Part shown: positions 52,337-61,911 of the stretch, in pieces
Layout of the letters: every line of letters starts with the position of its first letter
Numbering within the stretch: the first letter of the stretch is position 1
Assembly (NCBI GenBank): GCA_035703635.1
Contig: DASSXV010000010.1
Span: 48,853-112,852, forward strand
Origin: Trueperaceae bacterium
Lineage (GTDB): Bacteria; Deinococcota; Deinococci; Deinococcales; Trueperaceae
Direction: 5' to 3'
DNA: 64,000 nt
Position numbers and translations under genes: made by a program
Notes under the pieces: model-generated
Databases searched by the model: none
Told to the model about the DNA's origin: nothing
Seen by the model: the letters and a program-made list of their open reading frames with translations, nothing else

Positions 52337-52971
52337 GCCAGCGCCCTACCCCGGACTGGTCACTCGAAGAGGAACTGTGGCGCGCCGGGGCGAAACTAGT
52401 AGCAGGCGTTGATGAGGCCGGCCGCGGCGCGCTCTGTGGCCCCGTCGTAGCTGCCGCCGTCATCCTCCAGACCGAACGCGAACACCCGTACCGCGACTCG
52501 AAGACCCTCGACGCTGCCCGGCGCGCCGCACTCGCCGACCAGGTAAGGGTAGAGGCGGTGGCTTACGCGGTCGGGTTCGCCAGCGCAGCAGAGGTCGACG
52601 CCCTCAACGTGCTGGCAGCAACGAAGCTCGCGGCGCGGCGCGCGCTTGCCGCGCTCGTGCCGCAAGCTGACGGCCTCGTAACTGACTACCTGCGACTAGG
52701 TTCGCCGCTCCCCGAGTTAGCCGTTGCGGCGGGCGACGCGCGCAGTTACCAGGTCGCCGCCGCCAGCGTCCTAGCCAAGACCGTGCGTGACGCACACATG
52801 TTGCGCCTCGCGAACACCTACCCCGGTTACGGGCTAGAGCGCCATAAGGGTTACGGAGTGAGGGAGCACCTGGAGGCGCTAGCGGCCATCGGTCCGAGCC
52901 CGATCCACCGTAAGACGTTCGCTCCCGTGGCGCGCCTCCGACCAAGCGCAGAGCCGGTACCTGCGAGCTGA
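52333..52971 (+). CDS. rnhB: Ribonuclease HII
   Basis: GVDEAGRG, DSK, AAASVLAK, HKGYG, HRKTF; GTGA overlap with the kinase. Confidence 0.94.
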   Translation: MSQRPTPDWSLEEELWRAGAKLVAGVDEAGRGALCGPVVAAAVILQTEREHPYRDSKTLDAARRAALADQVRVEAVAYAVGFASAAEVDALNVLAATKLAARRALAALVPQADGLVTDYLRLGSPLPELAVAAGDARSYQVAAASVLAKTVRDAHMLRLANTYPGYGLERHKGYGVREHLEALAAIGPSPIHRKTFAPVARLRPSAEPVPAS

Positions 52972-53059
52972 GTCTTAGAATGGGCGAGTACCAAGAGCGC
53001 ACCTCTCGGCGTCGCCGCCGCTCGGCGGCCCCGCGGTCGCACGATAAGGAGACCCTTCC

Positions 53060-53863
53060 ATGCCAGAGTGCATCGGTGTGAAGTTCGATAACGGTCCGAA
53101 GATCCACTACATGGAGGCGCCACCGACGGCGCCTGCGCTCGGCACGCGCTGCGTGGTCACCACGCGCCGCGGGCTCGAGATGGCCAAGGTCCGTACCGGC
53201 GTGACGGAAGTCGCCAAGCCGCAGGGTCACTACGTGCGCGATGCTCAGGCCGATGACATCGCGCGCTACGACGAGCTGAACGCCAAAGCAGAGGACCTGA
53301 AGTGGCTCCTCAAAGCGCGGGCGCGGCAAGTGGATGCCGAAGTCAAGGTCGTCGCCGTCGAGTTCAACATCGACGAGTCGCTGCTAGTCGTGAGTTACAC
53401 GAGCGAACAGCAAGCGCCGTTGCGCGTGCTGGCCGCGGAACTCGTGGCGCACACGGAGGCGCGCATCGAGTTCGCCAACGTCGGGCCGCGCGATCAGGCG
53501 CGCATGCTCGGCGCGTTGGGCGTGTGCGGCGACGGCACGTGCTCCAGCACCTGGCTGCAAAGCTTCAACGCCGTGAGCATCCGCATGGCGCGAGATCAAC
53601 AGCTGCCCCTCAACCCAGAGAAGATCAGCGGGCCATGCGGGCGCCTCATGTGCTGCTTGCAGTACGAGCACGAGATGTACCGCGATCTGCTCAAGGGCAT
53701 GCCGCGCAAGGGCGCCAAGGCGTGCCACGACGGCAGCGGCACCTGCGGCCGCGTCGTCAAACTGAACCCACTGAAAGGCACGGTGGAACTGAGGACGGAC
53801 GAGGGCGGCATGGCCGAGTTCCCTGCCACCGAGATCAGCCGCGTTCGTGGCGGCAACGCCTAG
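53060..53863 (+). CDS. ricT: PSP1/RicT (YaaT)-family Fe-S regulatory protein
   Basis: GPRDQA..GALGVCG..C, VSIRMARDQ, KISGPCGRLMCCLQYE. Confidence 0.88.
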   Translation: MPECIGVKFDNGPKIHYMEAPPTAPALGTRCVVTTRRGLEMAKVRTGVTEVAKPQGHYVRDAQADDIARYDELNAKAEDLKWLLKARARQVDAEVKVVAVEFNIDESLLVVSYTSEQQAPLRVLAAELVAHTEARIEFANVGPRDQARMLGALGVCGDGTCSSTWLQSFNAVSIRMARDQQLPLNPEKISGPCGRLMCCLQYEHEMYRDLLKGMPRKGAKACHDGSGTCGRVVKLNPLKGTVELRTDEGGMAEFPATEISRVRGGNA

Positions 53864-54831
53864 TTGTTGGCACGTAACTCGAGGGCGAGGACCGCGCAGG
53901 CCAAAGGCGCCTGAGCGTAAGCCGCGAGGGCCCGCTCGCACGCGTCGACGGCGTCGAGGGCAGCCGCGTAGCCAGCTAGGTCGCGTTGGCGCAGCAACTC
54001 GCGTAGCCAACCGAGCGGGCCAGGTTGCGTGGCGCTGTCAGCCGTAACGGCCTTCGCGAACGCCTCGGCCCCGAGCAAGGCGTCAAGCAGGTCGCCGTTG
54101 ACGGCGTCCAGGAAATCCTCCGCCGCTGCCTTGGCTGCCGCGGTGGCGTCGGCCTCTGCGCTAGCGCGCACCAAGGCGCCCGGCTGGCCGAGCCTCACGG
54201 CTGGGTGGCCGGCGAGGACGGGCGTGAGTAGCGGAAGGCCGCCGCTGCCCTGCAGGGCCTCGACATCTACGGCTCCGAAGCGCACCGTCACGCAGCGCGA
54301 AGCCACGGTTGGCAAGAGCGCGTCTGGGCCCGGCGCTATCAGCACGACGATGGCCCACGCTGGTGGCTCCTCCAACATCTTGAGGAACGAATTCGCTGCG
54401 GGGAGGTTCATGGTGTGCGCCTGGTCGATGACCCCGAGGCGCGCCCTGTAACGCGGCCGCGTGCGCAGCCACGGACCGAGCGGCTCACTGTCGCCGCGCT
54501 CGCGCGCGACGAGCTGGTCGATGCGGATCTCCGGGTCGCGCTTGACGCGGCCAGACTCGGTGGCGAACGCCGGCGCGACTTCCTTGAGGTCAGGGTGCGC
54601 CCCGGCGAGCAGCAAGCGGCAGCTCTCGCACTCGAGGCACGGACGGGTGGGAGCGTCAGCGGCCTGACAGTTCACGAGGGCGCACAGCCAACTAGCGCCC
54701 AACCTGCGGCCTACTTCGTCTGGTCCCATGAAGAGCAGGGTGCGTGGCCCGGAGCCGCCGCCCCACATGCGCCGCAGCGCGCCTAGCGCGGCGTCCTGCC
54801 CGACGGGCACCAGCTGCCTTGCCGTGGTCAC
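53860..54831 (-). CDS. holB: DNA polymerase III delta-prime subunit
   Basis: Degenerate Walker A GPDEVGR, Zn cysteines, HPD, AANSFLKMLEEPP, LLPTVASRC. Confidence 0.88.
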   Translation of the reverse strand: MTTARQLVPVGQDAALGALRRMWGGGSGPRTLLFMGPDEVGRRLGASWLCALVNCQAADAPTRPCLECESCRLLLAGAHPDLKEVAPAFATESGRVKRDPEIRIDQLVARERGDSEPLGPWLRTRPRYRARLGVIDQAHTMNLPAANSFLKMLEEPPAWAIVVLIAPGPDALLPTVASRCVTVRFGAVDVEALQGSGGLPLLTPVLAGHPAVRLGQPGALVRASAEADATAAAKAAAEDFLDAVNGDLLDALLGAEAFAKAVTADSATQPGPLGWLRELLRQRDLAGYAAALDAVDACERALAAYAQAPLACAVLALELRANN

Positions 54832-55589
54832 CTACCCGCTTCCAGGCGCGCCGCGAGCATCTCGGGGTAGCCGGCCGCCAAGACGTCGGCCTGCACCGAC
54901 TTGAGGTCGTACTCGACGCGGTGGTGCGTGATCACGCGGGTCTCGGCGTCGTACAGGAAGTAAGACGCCAGGGGAATCTGATCGCGCGGCTGCCCAACGG
55001 CACCAGGGTTGGCGATGACGCGGGCAAGCGGTGGAATGCGGTAAGTGGACTCTTGCGGGTAGTTGAACGACACCGTGCGCCACAAGTCTTGGACGCCGTT
55101 GCTCGCGGTGGCGAAGATCTTCGGCACGTGCGTGTGGCCTACGAACAACAACTTCTCCGACATGAGGCTTACGTTCACCTGCGCGGTTGCCATGGTGGAG
55201 AGGTAATCCCATTCTTGCGTGAGGGCGCCGTGCGTCGCCTCGAAGCCGCTAAGCGACTTGCGCGGCGTGAGGCTATGCAAGAACCGCAGGGAGTCGCCGC
55301 TTAGCGTCACGAGTTGCCGCTCGAGCACGTTCATGACGACGCCACCTGCCCAATGGTCGCCGCGGTCACCCTCCGTCAGCTCCAAGAGGGCGGAGTCGTG
55401 ATTACCCATGATGCGCACCACGGGGTTCAGTTCGATGAGGCGCTGCACCGCCTCCTCCGCGTGCGGGTAGTAACCAACCGCGTCTCCAAGGAACACGGTG
55501 GCGTCGAAGCCACGCTGCCGCGCTTGCGCCAGCACCGCGTCGAGGGCTGGGAGGTTGGCGTGGACGTCGCTTAAGACCAGGAAACGCAT
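54828..55589 (-). CDS. Metallophosphoesterase family protein
   Basis: SDVHAN, GDAVGY, GNHD, HG, GHTH, NPGAVGQPRD. Confidence 0.9.
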   Translation of the reverse strand: MRFLVLSDVHANLPALDAVLAQARQRGFDATVFLGDAVGYYPHAEEAVQRLIELNPVVRIMGNHDSALLELTEGDRGDHWAGGVVMNVLERQLVTLSGDSLRFLHSLTPRKSLSGFEATHGALTQEWDYLSTMATAQVNVSLMSEKLLFVGHTHVPKIFATASNGVQDLWRTVSFNYPQESTYRIPPLARVIANPGAVGQPRDQIPLASYFLYDAETRVITHHRVEYDLKSVQADVLAAGYPEMLAARLEAGR

Positions 55590-55651
55590 GCGTCAACGAT
55601 ACCAGGGCCTTCCGCCCAAGGCGTGGCGGGGGGAGCGGCTATACTTGGGCG

Positions 55652-56788
55652 ATGCGCCAGCGCCTTCACCGCCCCCGACTCGTCTGGGTGGGCCTCATCT
55701 TGATGCTTGTGAGCGCTCTCACTTCTGCGGCGGCTCAAGTGTCCGTGCCAACCTTCGGCACGCGCGGCGGCGTGGCTGATGAGCTGGTGCAGAGTTTCAT
55801 GTCGGCCTTCCGCTCTGCGGTGGGCACTGCAACCGGACTAGAAGTGCGCAGCGGCGAGCTGATCACCCCAGGCATAGCGGGCAGTCTCGAGCCAGAGTTC
55901 GCCAGGCTGATCGCCGAACTCGACCAGGCGCGCTACGCCGTCAGCGGTGAGCTGTCGCGCGTGCCGTACGACGGCGGCGCTGCTTTCGGCATCAACATCC
56001 TCGTCGTCGACGCGGAGAAGGACCGCAGTAGCGACTTGATCAGCTTGCCGCTCGACCCGAGCGCCATGCAGCCAACCGTCGATGAGCTGGCCGCGGCCGT
56101 AGCCACCTTCACGAGCGCCCGCCTCGACCTGGCAGTCGGAGACGCAGGCGTGTTCGTCTCGAGCGAGCCGACCGACGCTCAAGTCTTCCTTGACGGCGTT
56201 GCCCTCGGACGCACCTCGCACCTCGACGTCGCCATGGTCGCTCCGGGTCGCTACCAGTTGGAGGTTCGCAAGGAAGGCTTCCTGCCGGACGTGCGCATGG
56301 TCGAACTGAGGGGCGCAGACACCGCGTTCGTTCACGTCGTGCTTACCGCCATCTCCGGCGGCAGCATCCAGGTCGTCGTTACGCCGCGGGCGCATGTCTT
56401 CCTCGACGGGGTCGAGGCAGGCACCAGCCCGATCACGCTGGCAGCGCTGCCCGGCACGCACCGCGTGACCTTGACGCGCGAGGGTTTCGCTGACGAAATA
56501 CTCGACGTGCTCGTGCGCAATTACCGCGTTTCTCGCGTCGACCGCGAGCTGACGCCCGCCTCTGACCCCCTGGTGTTCTGGGAGGAGCGGCGCGAGGTGC
56601 TCATCTACGTAGACGGCGTGCTGCAGCCAGGCGCGTTCGCCAGGGGCATCAAGCCGGGACTACGCAGCTTCGAGCTGCGTGAGGCGCGCGAGTCGCGTAC
56701 CTACTTGCGGGCCGTGCCAGAGCATGGGGTGTACCGGTTGGACCTCAGCACTGGCGATCTCGTCCCCGTCGCGCCTAGAACCAACTAA
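55652..56788 (+). CDS. Exported PEGA-domain protein
   Basis: Signal peptide; two PEGA repeats (SSEPTDAQVFLDG..PGRYQLEVRKEGF; AHVFLDG..PGTHRVTLTREGF). Confidence 0.85.
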   Translation: MRQRLHRPRLVWVGLILMLVSALTSAAAQVSVPTFGTRGGVADELVQSFMSAFRSAVGTATGLEVRSGELITPGIAGSLEPEFARLIAELDQARYAVSGELSRVPYDGGAAFGINILVVDAEKDRSSDLISLPLDPSAMQPTVDELAAAVATFTSARLDLAVGDAGVFVSSEPTDAQVFLDGVALGRTSHLDVAMVAPGRYQLEVRKEGFLPDVRMVELRGADTAFVHVVLTAISGGSIQVVVTPRAHVFLDGVEAGTSPITLAALPGTHRVTLTREGFADEILDVLVRNYRVSRVDRELTPASDPLVFWEERREVLIYVDGVLQPGAFARGIKPGLRSFELREARESRTYLRAVPEHGVYRLDLSTGDLVPVAPRTN

Positions 56789-56790
56789 CG

Positions 56791-57771
56791 TCACTTCGGC
56801 ACGCTGAACGGCACGACCAGCCCGAGGGTAGCCTCGTAACTCGTTCCTCCAGCGCTACTCAGGTCGCTAACACCACTGAGTGAGACCTCCCAAGAGCCGC
56901 CACCCAAGGAAGCGGCGGCCGGTGCAGACGCCGTTGCCGCCAGCCGCAGGGGCGGCACGTCGAGGCGGTAAGGCTCAAACGCGACATCGAGGCCGACCCT
57001 TACCGACCCGAACTCTTCAGCAACGGCAACCCGGCCGCCTACGGCGACGCGTCCAGGCGAGACCCCTACCAGCGCCGCGAAGCTCCAGTCGGGTGCCCGC
57101 CCCCGCGGTAGGACGACGCCTACGCCGATGGCGGCGTTGGCTGCCCCGAGGCCAGGTGGGGCGTACGCGAGGGCGATGAAGTCGAGCTCGTTCTCCCCGA
57201 GGCTGCGTAGGAGCCGCAGGCGCGCCTCGCCGCGCAGCGCCAACCCGCTGGCGAGGTAGGCCTCGGGATCTACCTCGAGGACGAGGTTGCGGTTGAAGCG
57301 CGCCGTCAACCCGACCTGGAAACCTAACGCTGAGCCGGGGAGGAGTGGCCGTTCGGTGCTCGTCAGTGCGCCCGTGCGGAAAGCAGCTGGACTAGCGCCG
57401 AAGCCGACGACGGTCAAGCGCAGCGCCACGGGGCCGAGCACGCCGCGAGCGCCAATGCGCCCCTCGCCAACCCCGTCGCTGCGCAGTGCGCCCCAACCCT
57501 CGACTATGACGTTCCCGAGCGGCCCGAACGCCCAGTTCGTCGAGAGCCCGACGCCGAGCCTGGCGTGCTCCGCGTAACCTAGCTCGAGCGTGACGGAGCC
57601 GCCGGTAACCTTGATCGCGTCGAAGCTAACGCCGAACGAAGGAGCTGGCGCCTCAGCGCCGCTGGCGAAGCCGCCAAGCTCGAACGTCACGGTCTGCGCG
57701 GCAGCGAGCGGCGCGCTCAGGCACAAGATCACCAAGGCGGCGGCACGAACGCCCGAACCAACGTTGCTCAT
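56791..57771 (-). CDS. Hypothetical exported protein, probable outer-membrane beta-barrel
   Basis: Signal peptide ending AAA-Q; many alternating amphipathic Gly-rich strands; ATG 7 nt after TAGTCT. Confidence 0.6.
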   Translation of the reverse strand: MSNVGSGVRAAALVILCLSAPLAAAQTVTFELGGFASGAEAPAPSFGVSFDAIKVTGGSVTLELGYAEHARLGVGLSTNWAFGPLGNVIVEGWGALRSDGVGEGRIGARGVLGPVALRLTVVGFGASPAAFRTGALTSTERPLLPGSALGFQVGLTARFNRNLVLEVDPEAYLASGLALRGEARLRLLRSLGENELDFIALAYAPPGLGAANAAIGVGVVLPRGRAPDWSFAALVGVSPGRVAVGGRVAVAEEFGSVRVGLDVAFEPYRLDVPPLRLAATASAPAAASLGGGSWEVSLSGVSDLSSAGGTSYEATLGLVVPFSVPK

Positions 57772-57908
57772 GCTTAGCAGACTAACCGGCGCGCACGCTT
57801 CCCGGAGGCCAACGGCACGAATGGTAGAGTTGTCAGCGGCCTTTTTTTGGGCCGCTGCGGCCTGCGAACGTGCTGCCGGCCAACGACTGGAAGCGAGAAC
57901 CCCGACAC

Positions 57909-60470
57909 ATGAGAATCCTTGGAAACTTGACCGTACTGCCCAAGCTGCCACCTGAACTTCAGCGCCTGAACGAACTAGCCAACGACCTTTACTGGTCGTG
58001 GCAGTCGGACGCGCGGCGCCTCTTCAGGCGGCTTGACCGCGAACTATGGGAGTCACGCCACCACAACCCCGTCGCGCTCCTCCGCGACGTGAAGCAAGAG
58101 CGGCTCGACGCGGCCGCGGCCGAGCCAGACTTCCTCGCAGAGTACGAGCAGGTCATGGCGCGCTACGACGCCTACTACGCGAAGCGGACCTGGTTCGAGG
58201 GCGCGGTCGCGAGCGAGCACGTCTACGCCTACCTGTGCGCGGAGTACGGCTGGACAGAGGCCATCACCCTCTACTCTGGCGGCCTCGGGGTGCTGGCCGG
58301 CGACCACACGAAGGCGGCGTCAGATCTTGGCGTGCCGCTCGTTGCGGTCGGCCTCTACTACCCCGAAGGTTACTTCCATCAACGCGTAGGTCCGGATGGC
58401 AAGCAGGAAGCCGTCTACCTGCGGTCTAACCCTGCCGCGCTGCCGTTCGAACCCGCCCTGAACGACGCAGGTGAGCGGGCAGTCGTCAGCGTAGACATCT
58501 TCGGGCGCAGCGTGCGGGTAGCGGCGTGGGAGTTGCACGTCGGGCGCGTGCGCGTCCTCCTGCTCGACGTCGACATCGACGGCAACACCCCGGACGACCG
58601 CCAACTACTCGCCCGCCTGTACGGCGGCGACCAGCGCACGCGGGTAGCTCAAGAGATGGTCCTCGGCATCGGCGGCGTCCGCATGCTGCGCGCCCTGAAA
58701 GTCGAGCCGACCGCCTGGCACATGAACGAAGGGCACAGCGCCTTCTCGGTGCTCGAGCGCAGCCGCGAGCTGGTAGCGAACGGGCTGACGTTCGCGGTCG
58801 CCAAGGAAGCGATCGCGGCCAACACCCTCTTCACGGTTCACACGCCCATCGCTGCTGGCAACGACGCCTTCGGGTTCGAGCTCGTCGACCAAGGCTTCGG
58901 TACCTTCTGGAAGGGCCTAGGTATCGACCAGGCCGCGTTCCACTCCCTCGGCGGCGTCGACCTCGGCTGGGGTCCCGTGTTCAGCATGCCTGCCCTCGCC
59001 ATCAGGTTCTCCTCAGGGCGCAACGGCGTCGCGGCACTACACGGCGACACGAGCAGGCATATCTGGGCGCGGCTGTGGCCAGAGGTGCCTGTCGAGGAAG
59101 TGCCCATCGGGCACGTCACCAACGGCGTTCACGTCGCCACTTGGGTGGCGCCGCAGACGTTGGCCTTGCTCGCCGACGTCATGGGGCAGGACTGGCAGGA
59201 GCGAAGCGACGACGAGGCCCAGTGGCGCAAGCTGCGCGAGGTCGCCCCAGCGAAGCTGTGGGAGGCACGGCGCTCGCTCAAGGCGAGCAGCGTGCGCTTC
59301 GTGCGCCGGCGCCTCCTAAGCCAACTCGACCGCCACGAGGCGAGCCCGACGCAGCTCCACGAGTCGAGCTCCCTGTTCGACCCGGAGATCCTGACGATCG
59401 GCTTCGCTAGGCGCTTCGCGAGTTACAAGCGGGCAACGCTCGTGTTCTCCGACCTAGACCGCCTAGCGGCGATAGTCTCGGACCCGGAGCGGCCCGTGCA
59501 GCTCGTGTTCGCAGGCAAGGCCCACCCGGCGGACCAGGAAGGGCAGCAGCTCATCGCGCAGATCCACAACCTCTCGCGCGACCCGCGCTTCTACGGCCGC
59601 GTGCTGTTCGTGGAGGACTACGACATGGCCATCGGCCGCGCGCTGACGCGCGGCGTCGACGTGTGGCTCAACAACCCTCGACGACCTCTAGAAGCGTCCG
59701 GGACGAGCGGCATGAAGGCGGCGATGAACGGCGTCCTTAACCTCTCGATCCTCGACGGTTGGTGGCCGGAAGGCTTCGACGGCGAGAACGGTTGGGCCAT
59801 CGGCGCGGGTCGCACGTACCTCGATGACGCCCGCTCGGACGTCGCAGATGCCGACGCGCTCTACGACCTCCTCGAGCGCGAGGTCGTGCCGCTCTACTAC
59901 CAGCGCGACCGCGACGGTGTCCCTGACGCCTGGATGCGCAGGGCGGCGGACGCCATGGCCACCATCACCCCTAAGTTCAACGCCCAACGCATGGTGAAGG
60001 AGTACGTGCAGCGCTACTACGCCCCCGCCAGCCTCCGCGGCGCGACACTGAGCGCGGATGACTACGCCAAGGCGAAGGAGCTGGCTGCTTGGCGCAAGCG
60101 CGTGGCGGAGGCGTGGCCGCAAGTGACCCTCACGGCTGAGCCGTTGGTGGAGAAACGCTCGCACGTGGGCGACGAACTTGAGATCAGCGCCACCATCGAC
60201 CTAGCGGGCCTCAACCCTGACGACGTGAAGGTGGAGGTCGTCTATGGGCCGGAGGCCGAGGCGCTACAGACCCAGCTCGGCCGCGCAAGCATGGAGCTCG
60301 TACCGTCAGCGGGCGCAGCGGGTGCCGCCACCGTCTATCACTACCGCGCGCGCCTACGGCCCGCCATCAGCGGTCGCTTGGTCTATGGGGTGAGGGCGTA
60401 CGCCGTCAACGAACTGCTCGTATCGCCGTTCGATGCCCAGGCCGTCGTTTGGGCGGCCGTGGGCGGCTAA
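57909..60470 (+). CDS. glgP: Alpha-glucan (glycogen) phosphorylase
   Basis: YSGGLGVLAGDH, HMNEGH, TNGVH, RFASYKR, EASGTSGMK PLP lysine. Confidence 0.96.
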   Translation: MRILGNLTVLPKLPPELQRLNELANDLYWSWQSDARRLFRRLDRELWESRHHNPVALLRDVKQERLDAAAAEPDFLAEYEQVMARYDAYYAKRTWFEGAVASEHVYAYLCAEYGWTEAITLYSGGLGVLAGDHTKAASDLGVPLVAVGLYYPEGYFHQRVGPDGKQEAVYLRSNPAALPFEPALNDAGERAVVSVDIFGRSVRVAAWELHVGRVRVLLLDVDIDGNTPDDRQLLARLYGGDQRTRVAQEMVLGIGGVRMLRALKVEPTAWHMNEGHSAFSVLERSRELVANGLTFAVAKEAIAANTLFTVHTPIAAGNDAFGFELVDQGFGTFWKGLGIDQAAFHSLGGVDLGWGPVFSMPALAIRFSSGRNGVAALHGDTSRHIWARLWPEVPVEEVPIGHVTNGVHVATWVAPQTLALLADVMGQDWQERSDDEAQWRKLREVAPAKLWEARRSLKASSVRFVRRRLLSQLDRHEASPTQLHESSSLFDPEILTIGFARRFASYKRATLVFSDLDRLAAIVSDPERPVQLVFAGKAHPADQEGQQLIAQIHNLSRDPRFYGRVLFVEDYDMAIGRALTRGVDVWLNNPRRPLEASGTSGMKAAMNGVLNLSILDGWWPEGFDGENGWAIGAGRTYLDDARSDVADADALYDLLEREVVPLYYQRDRDGVPDAWMRRAADAMATITPKFNAQRMVKEYVQRYYAPASLRGATLSADDYAKAKELAAWRKRVAEAWPQVTLTAEPLVEKRSHVGDELEISATIDLAGLNPDDVKVEVVYGPEAEALQTQLGRASMELVPSAGAAGAATVYHYRARLRPAISGRLVYGVRAYAVNELLVSPFDAQAVVWAAVGG

Positions 60471-60473
60471 CGC

Positions 60474-61232
60474 TTAGCTTCGGGCGCTAGCGCCGCACGC
60501 TGCCTGGTCAGCCACTACCAGTAGCTGCTCGAGCGCGGTGACGCTGCGTGCCGGGTGGGCGTCTAGCTCGCGCGCGGCTTCGTCGGTGAGCGGCCAGCGC
60601 AGTTCCAGCGCGGGGGTGTCGGGCCCGAACGCGGCGGCCAGTGCCGGCTGTTTGGCGGCGCCGCTCACGAGGAACATGACGATGCGGCTACGCCCTAGGG
60701 CCGTAGGGCCGAGGGTCAGGCGATCGCGCACGCTCATGCCGTCAGGGGCAGTCGTTGCCAACGTGAACTCCGTGCGCAGCGCGTCGCCAGTGCCCGGGAA
60801 GAGGCTGGCCGTATGGCCGTCGTCTCCTAAGCCGAGGAGCGTGATGTCGAAGACGGGGCTGGGCCCGAGGACGAGTTCGATCTCTCCCTGGTAAGCGGCT
60901 GCCGACGCTTCCGGCGTTTCCAGGATGGGCCAAATGTGGATGTGCGCTTCTGGGATCGGCACGAGGTCGAGCAGCGCCGCCATGGCGGCGCCCGCGTTGC
61001 TGGCTTGGTCGTCAACGGTTACGAAGCGCTCGTCTCCCCACAGGACGTGGATGCGCTCCCATGGGAGTTCTTCTCTCGCTAGGAGGCGGTAGAGGGGCAT
61101 TGGTGTAGAACCGCCAGCTAGGACGATGCTTGCCCGTCCGCGCTGCGCTACGGCCGCGCGCACGGCGGCGGTCACCACTTCGAGGGCGGTCTGAGTGATG
61201 TCTGGCACGCACTTGAGCTCCGCTACTCGCAT
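60474..61232 (-). CDS. pgl: 6-phosphogluconolactonase
   Basis: LAGGSTP, WGDER, LGLGDDGHTASLFP. Confidence 0.93.
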   Translation of the reverse strand: MRVAELKCVPDITQTALEVVTAAVRAAVAQRGRASIVLAGGSTPMPLYRLLAREELPWERIHVLWGDERFVTVDDQASNAGAAMAALLDLVPIPEAHIHIWPILETPEASAAAYQGEIELVLGPSPVFDITLLGLGDDGHTASLFPGTGDALRTEFTLATTAPDGMSVRDRLTLGPTALGRSRIVMFLVSGAAKQPALAAAFGPDTPALELRWPLTDEAARELDAHPARSVTALEQLLVVADQAACGASARS

Positions 61233-61308
61233 GCCGGAGTATAGCCGCGTGCTGCGCGGGTTCCGTGCTCAGGAGCCGCCCTGGGGCCCGCTTCCCTTAC
61301 ACTCAGTC

Positions 61309-61896
61309 ATGAGCCATACCCGCGACGAGGCCTTGCGCCTCATGGAAGAGTGGACGCCGTCGGAGAGCCTACGCAAGCACATGTTGTCGGTCGAGGCGGC
61401 CGTGGTGGCGTACGCCGAGCACTACGGCGAGGACGCAGGGAGCTGGGCGCAGGCGGCGCTGCTTCACGACTTCGATTACGAGCGTTACCCGAACCCGGAT
61501 CGTGACGAGAGCGGCCACCCGTGGGTAGGCGTCAGGGAGCTGGAAGCGCGCGGTTACTCTAAGCTCGTCCTGGACGCCATCATGGGGCATGCCGACTACA
61601 CTGGCGTGGCGCGTCAGTCGTTGCTCGCGAAGGTCCTGTTCGCGTGTGACGAGCTGACTGGCCTCATCACTGCAGCGGTGCTCGTGCGGCCGGACAAAGA
61701 CATAGCCAACCTGACCCTCGCGAGCCTCAAGAAGAAGCTGAAGGACAAAGCGTTCGCGCGCGGTGTGAACCGTGATGACGTCAGGCAGGGTGCGGAGGAG
61801 CTAGGCGTCGAGCTCGACGATCACATGCAGTTCGTGCTCAACGCCATGCAGGCAGCTGCCGCCAGCCTGGGGCTCGACGGCTCGCTCGCAGCGTAA
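61309..61896 (+). CDS. HD-domain hydrolase
   Basis: KH..VE, LLHDFDYE, H, DELTGLI, FARGVNR. Confidence 0.85.
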   Translation: MSHTRDEALRLMEEWTPSESLRKHMLSVEAAVVAYAEHYGEDAGSWAQAALLHDFDYERYPNPDRDESGHPWVGVRELEARGYSKLVLDAIMGHADYTGVARQSLLAKVLFACDELTGLITAAVLVRPDKDIANLTLASLKKKLKDKAFARGVNRDDVRQGAEELGVELDDHMQFVLNAMQAAAASLGLDGSLAA

Positions 61897-61911
61897 GGCG
61901 GGCAAGCAGGC

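Noticed and set aside
61880..61896. C-terminal LAA (HD protein) and PAA (ScpA) as ssrA-like ClpX degrons
   Set aside because: Ala-rich termini are common by chance at this GC content; there is no independent support
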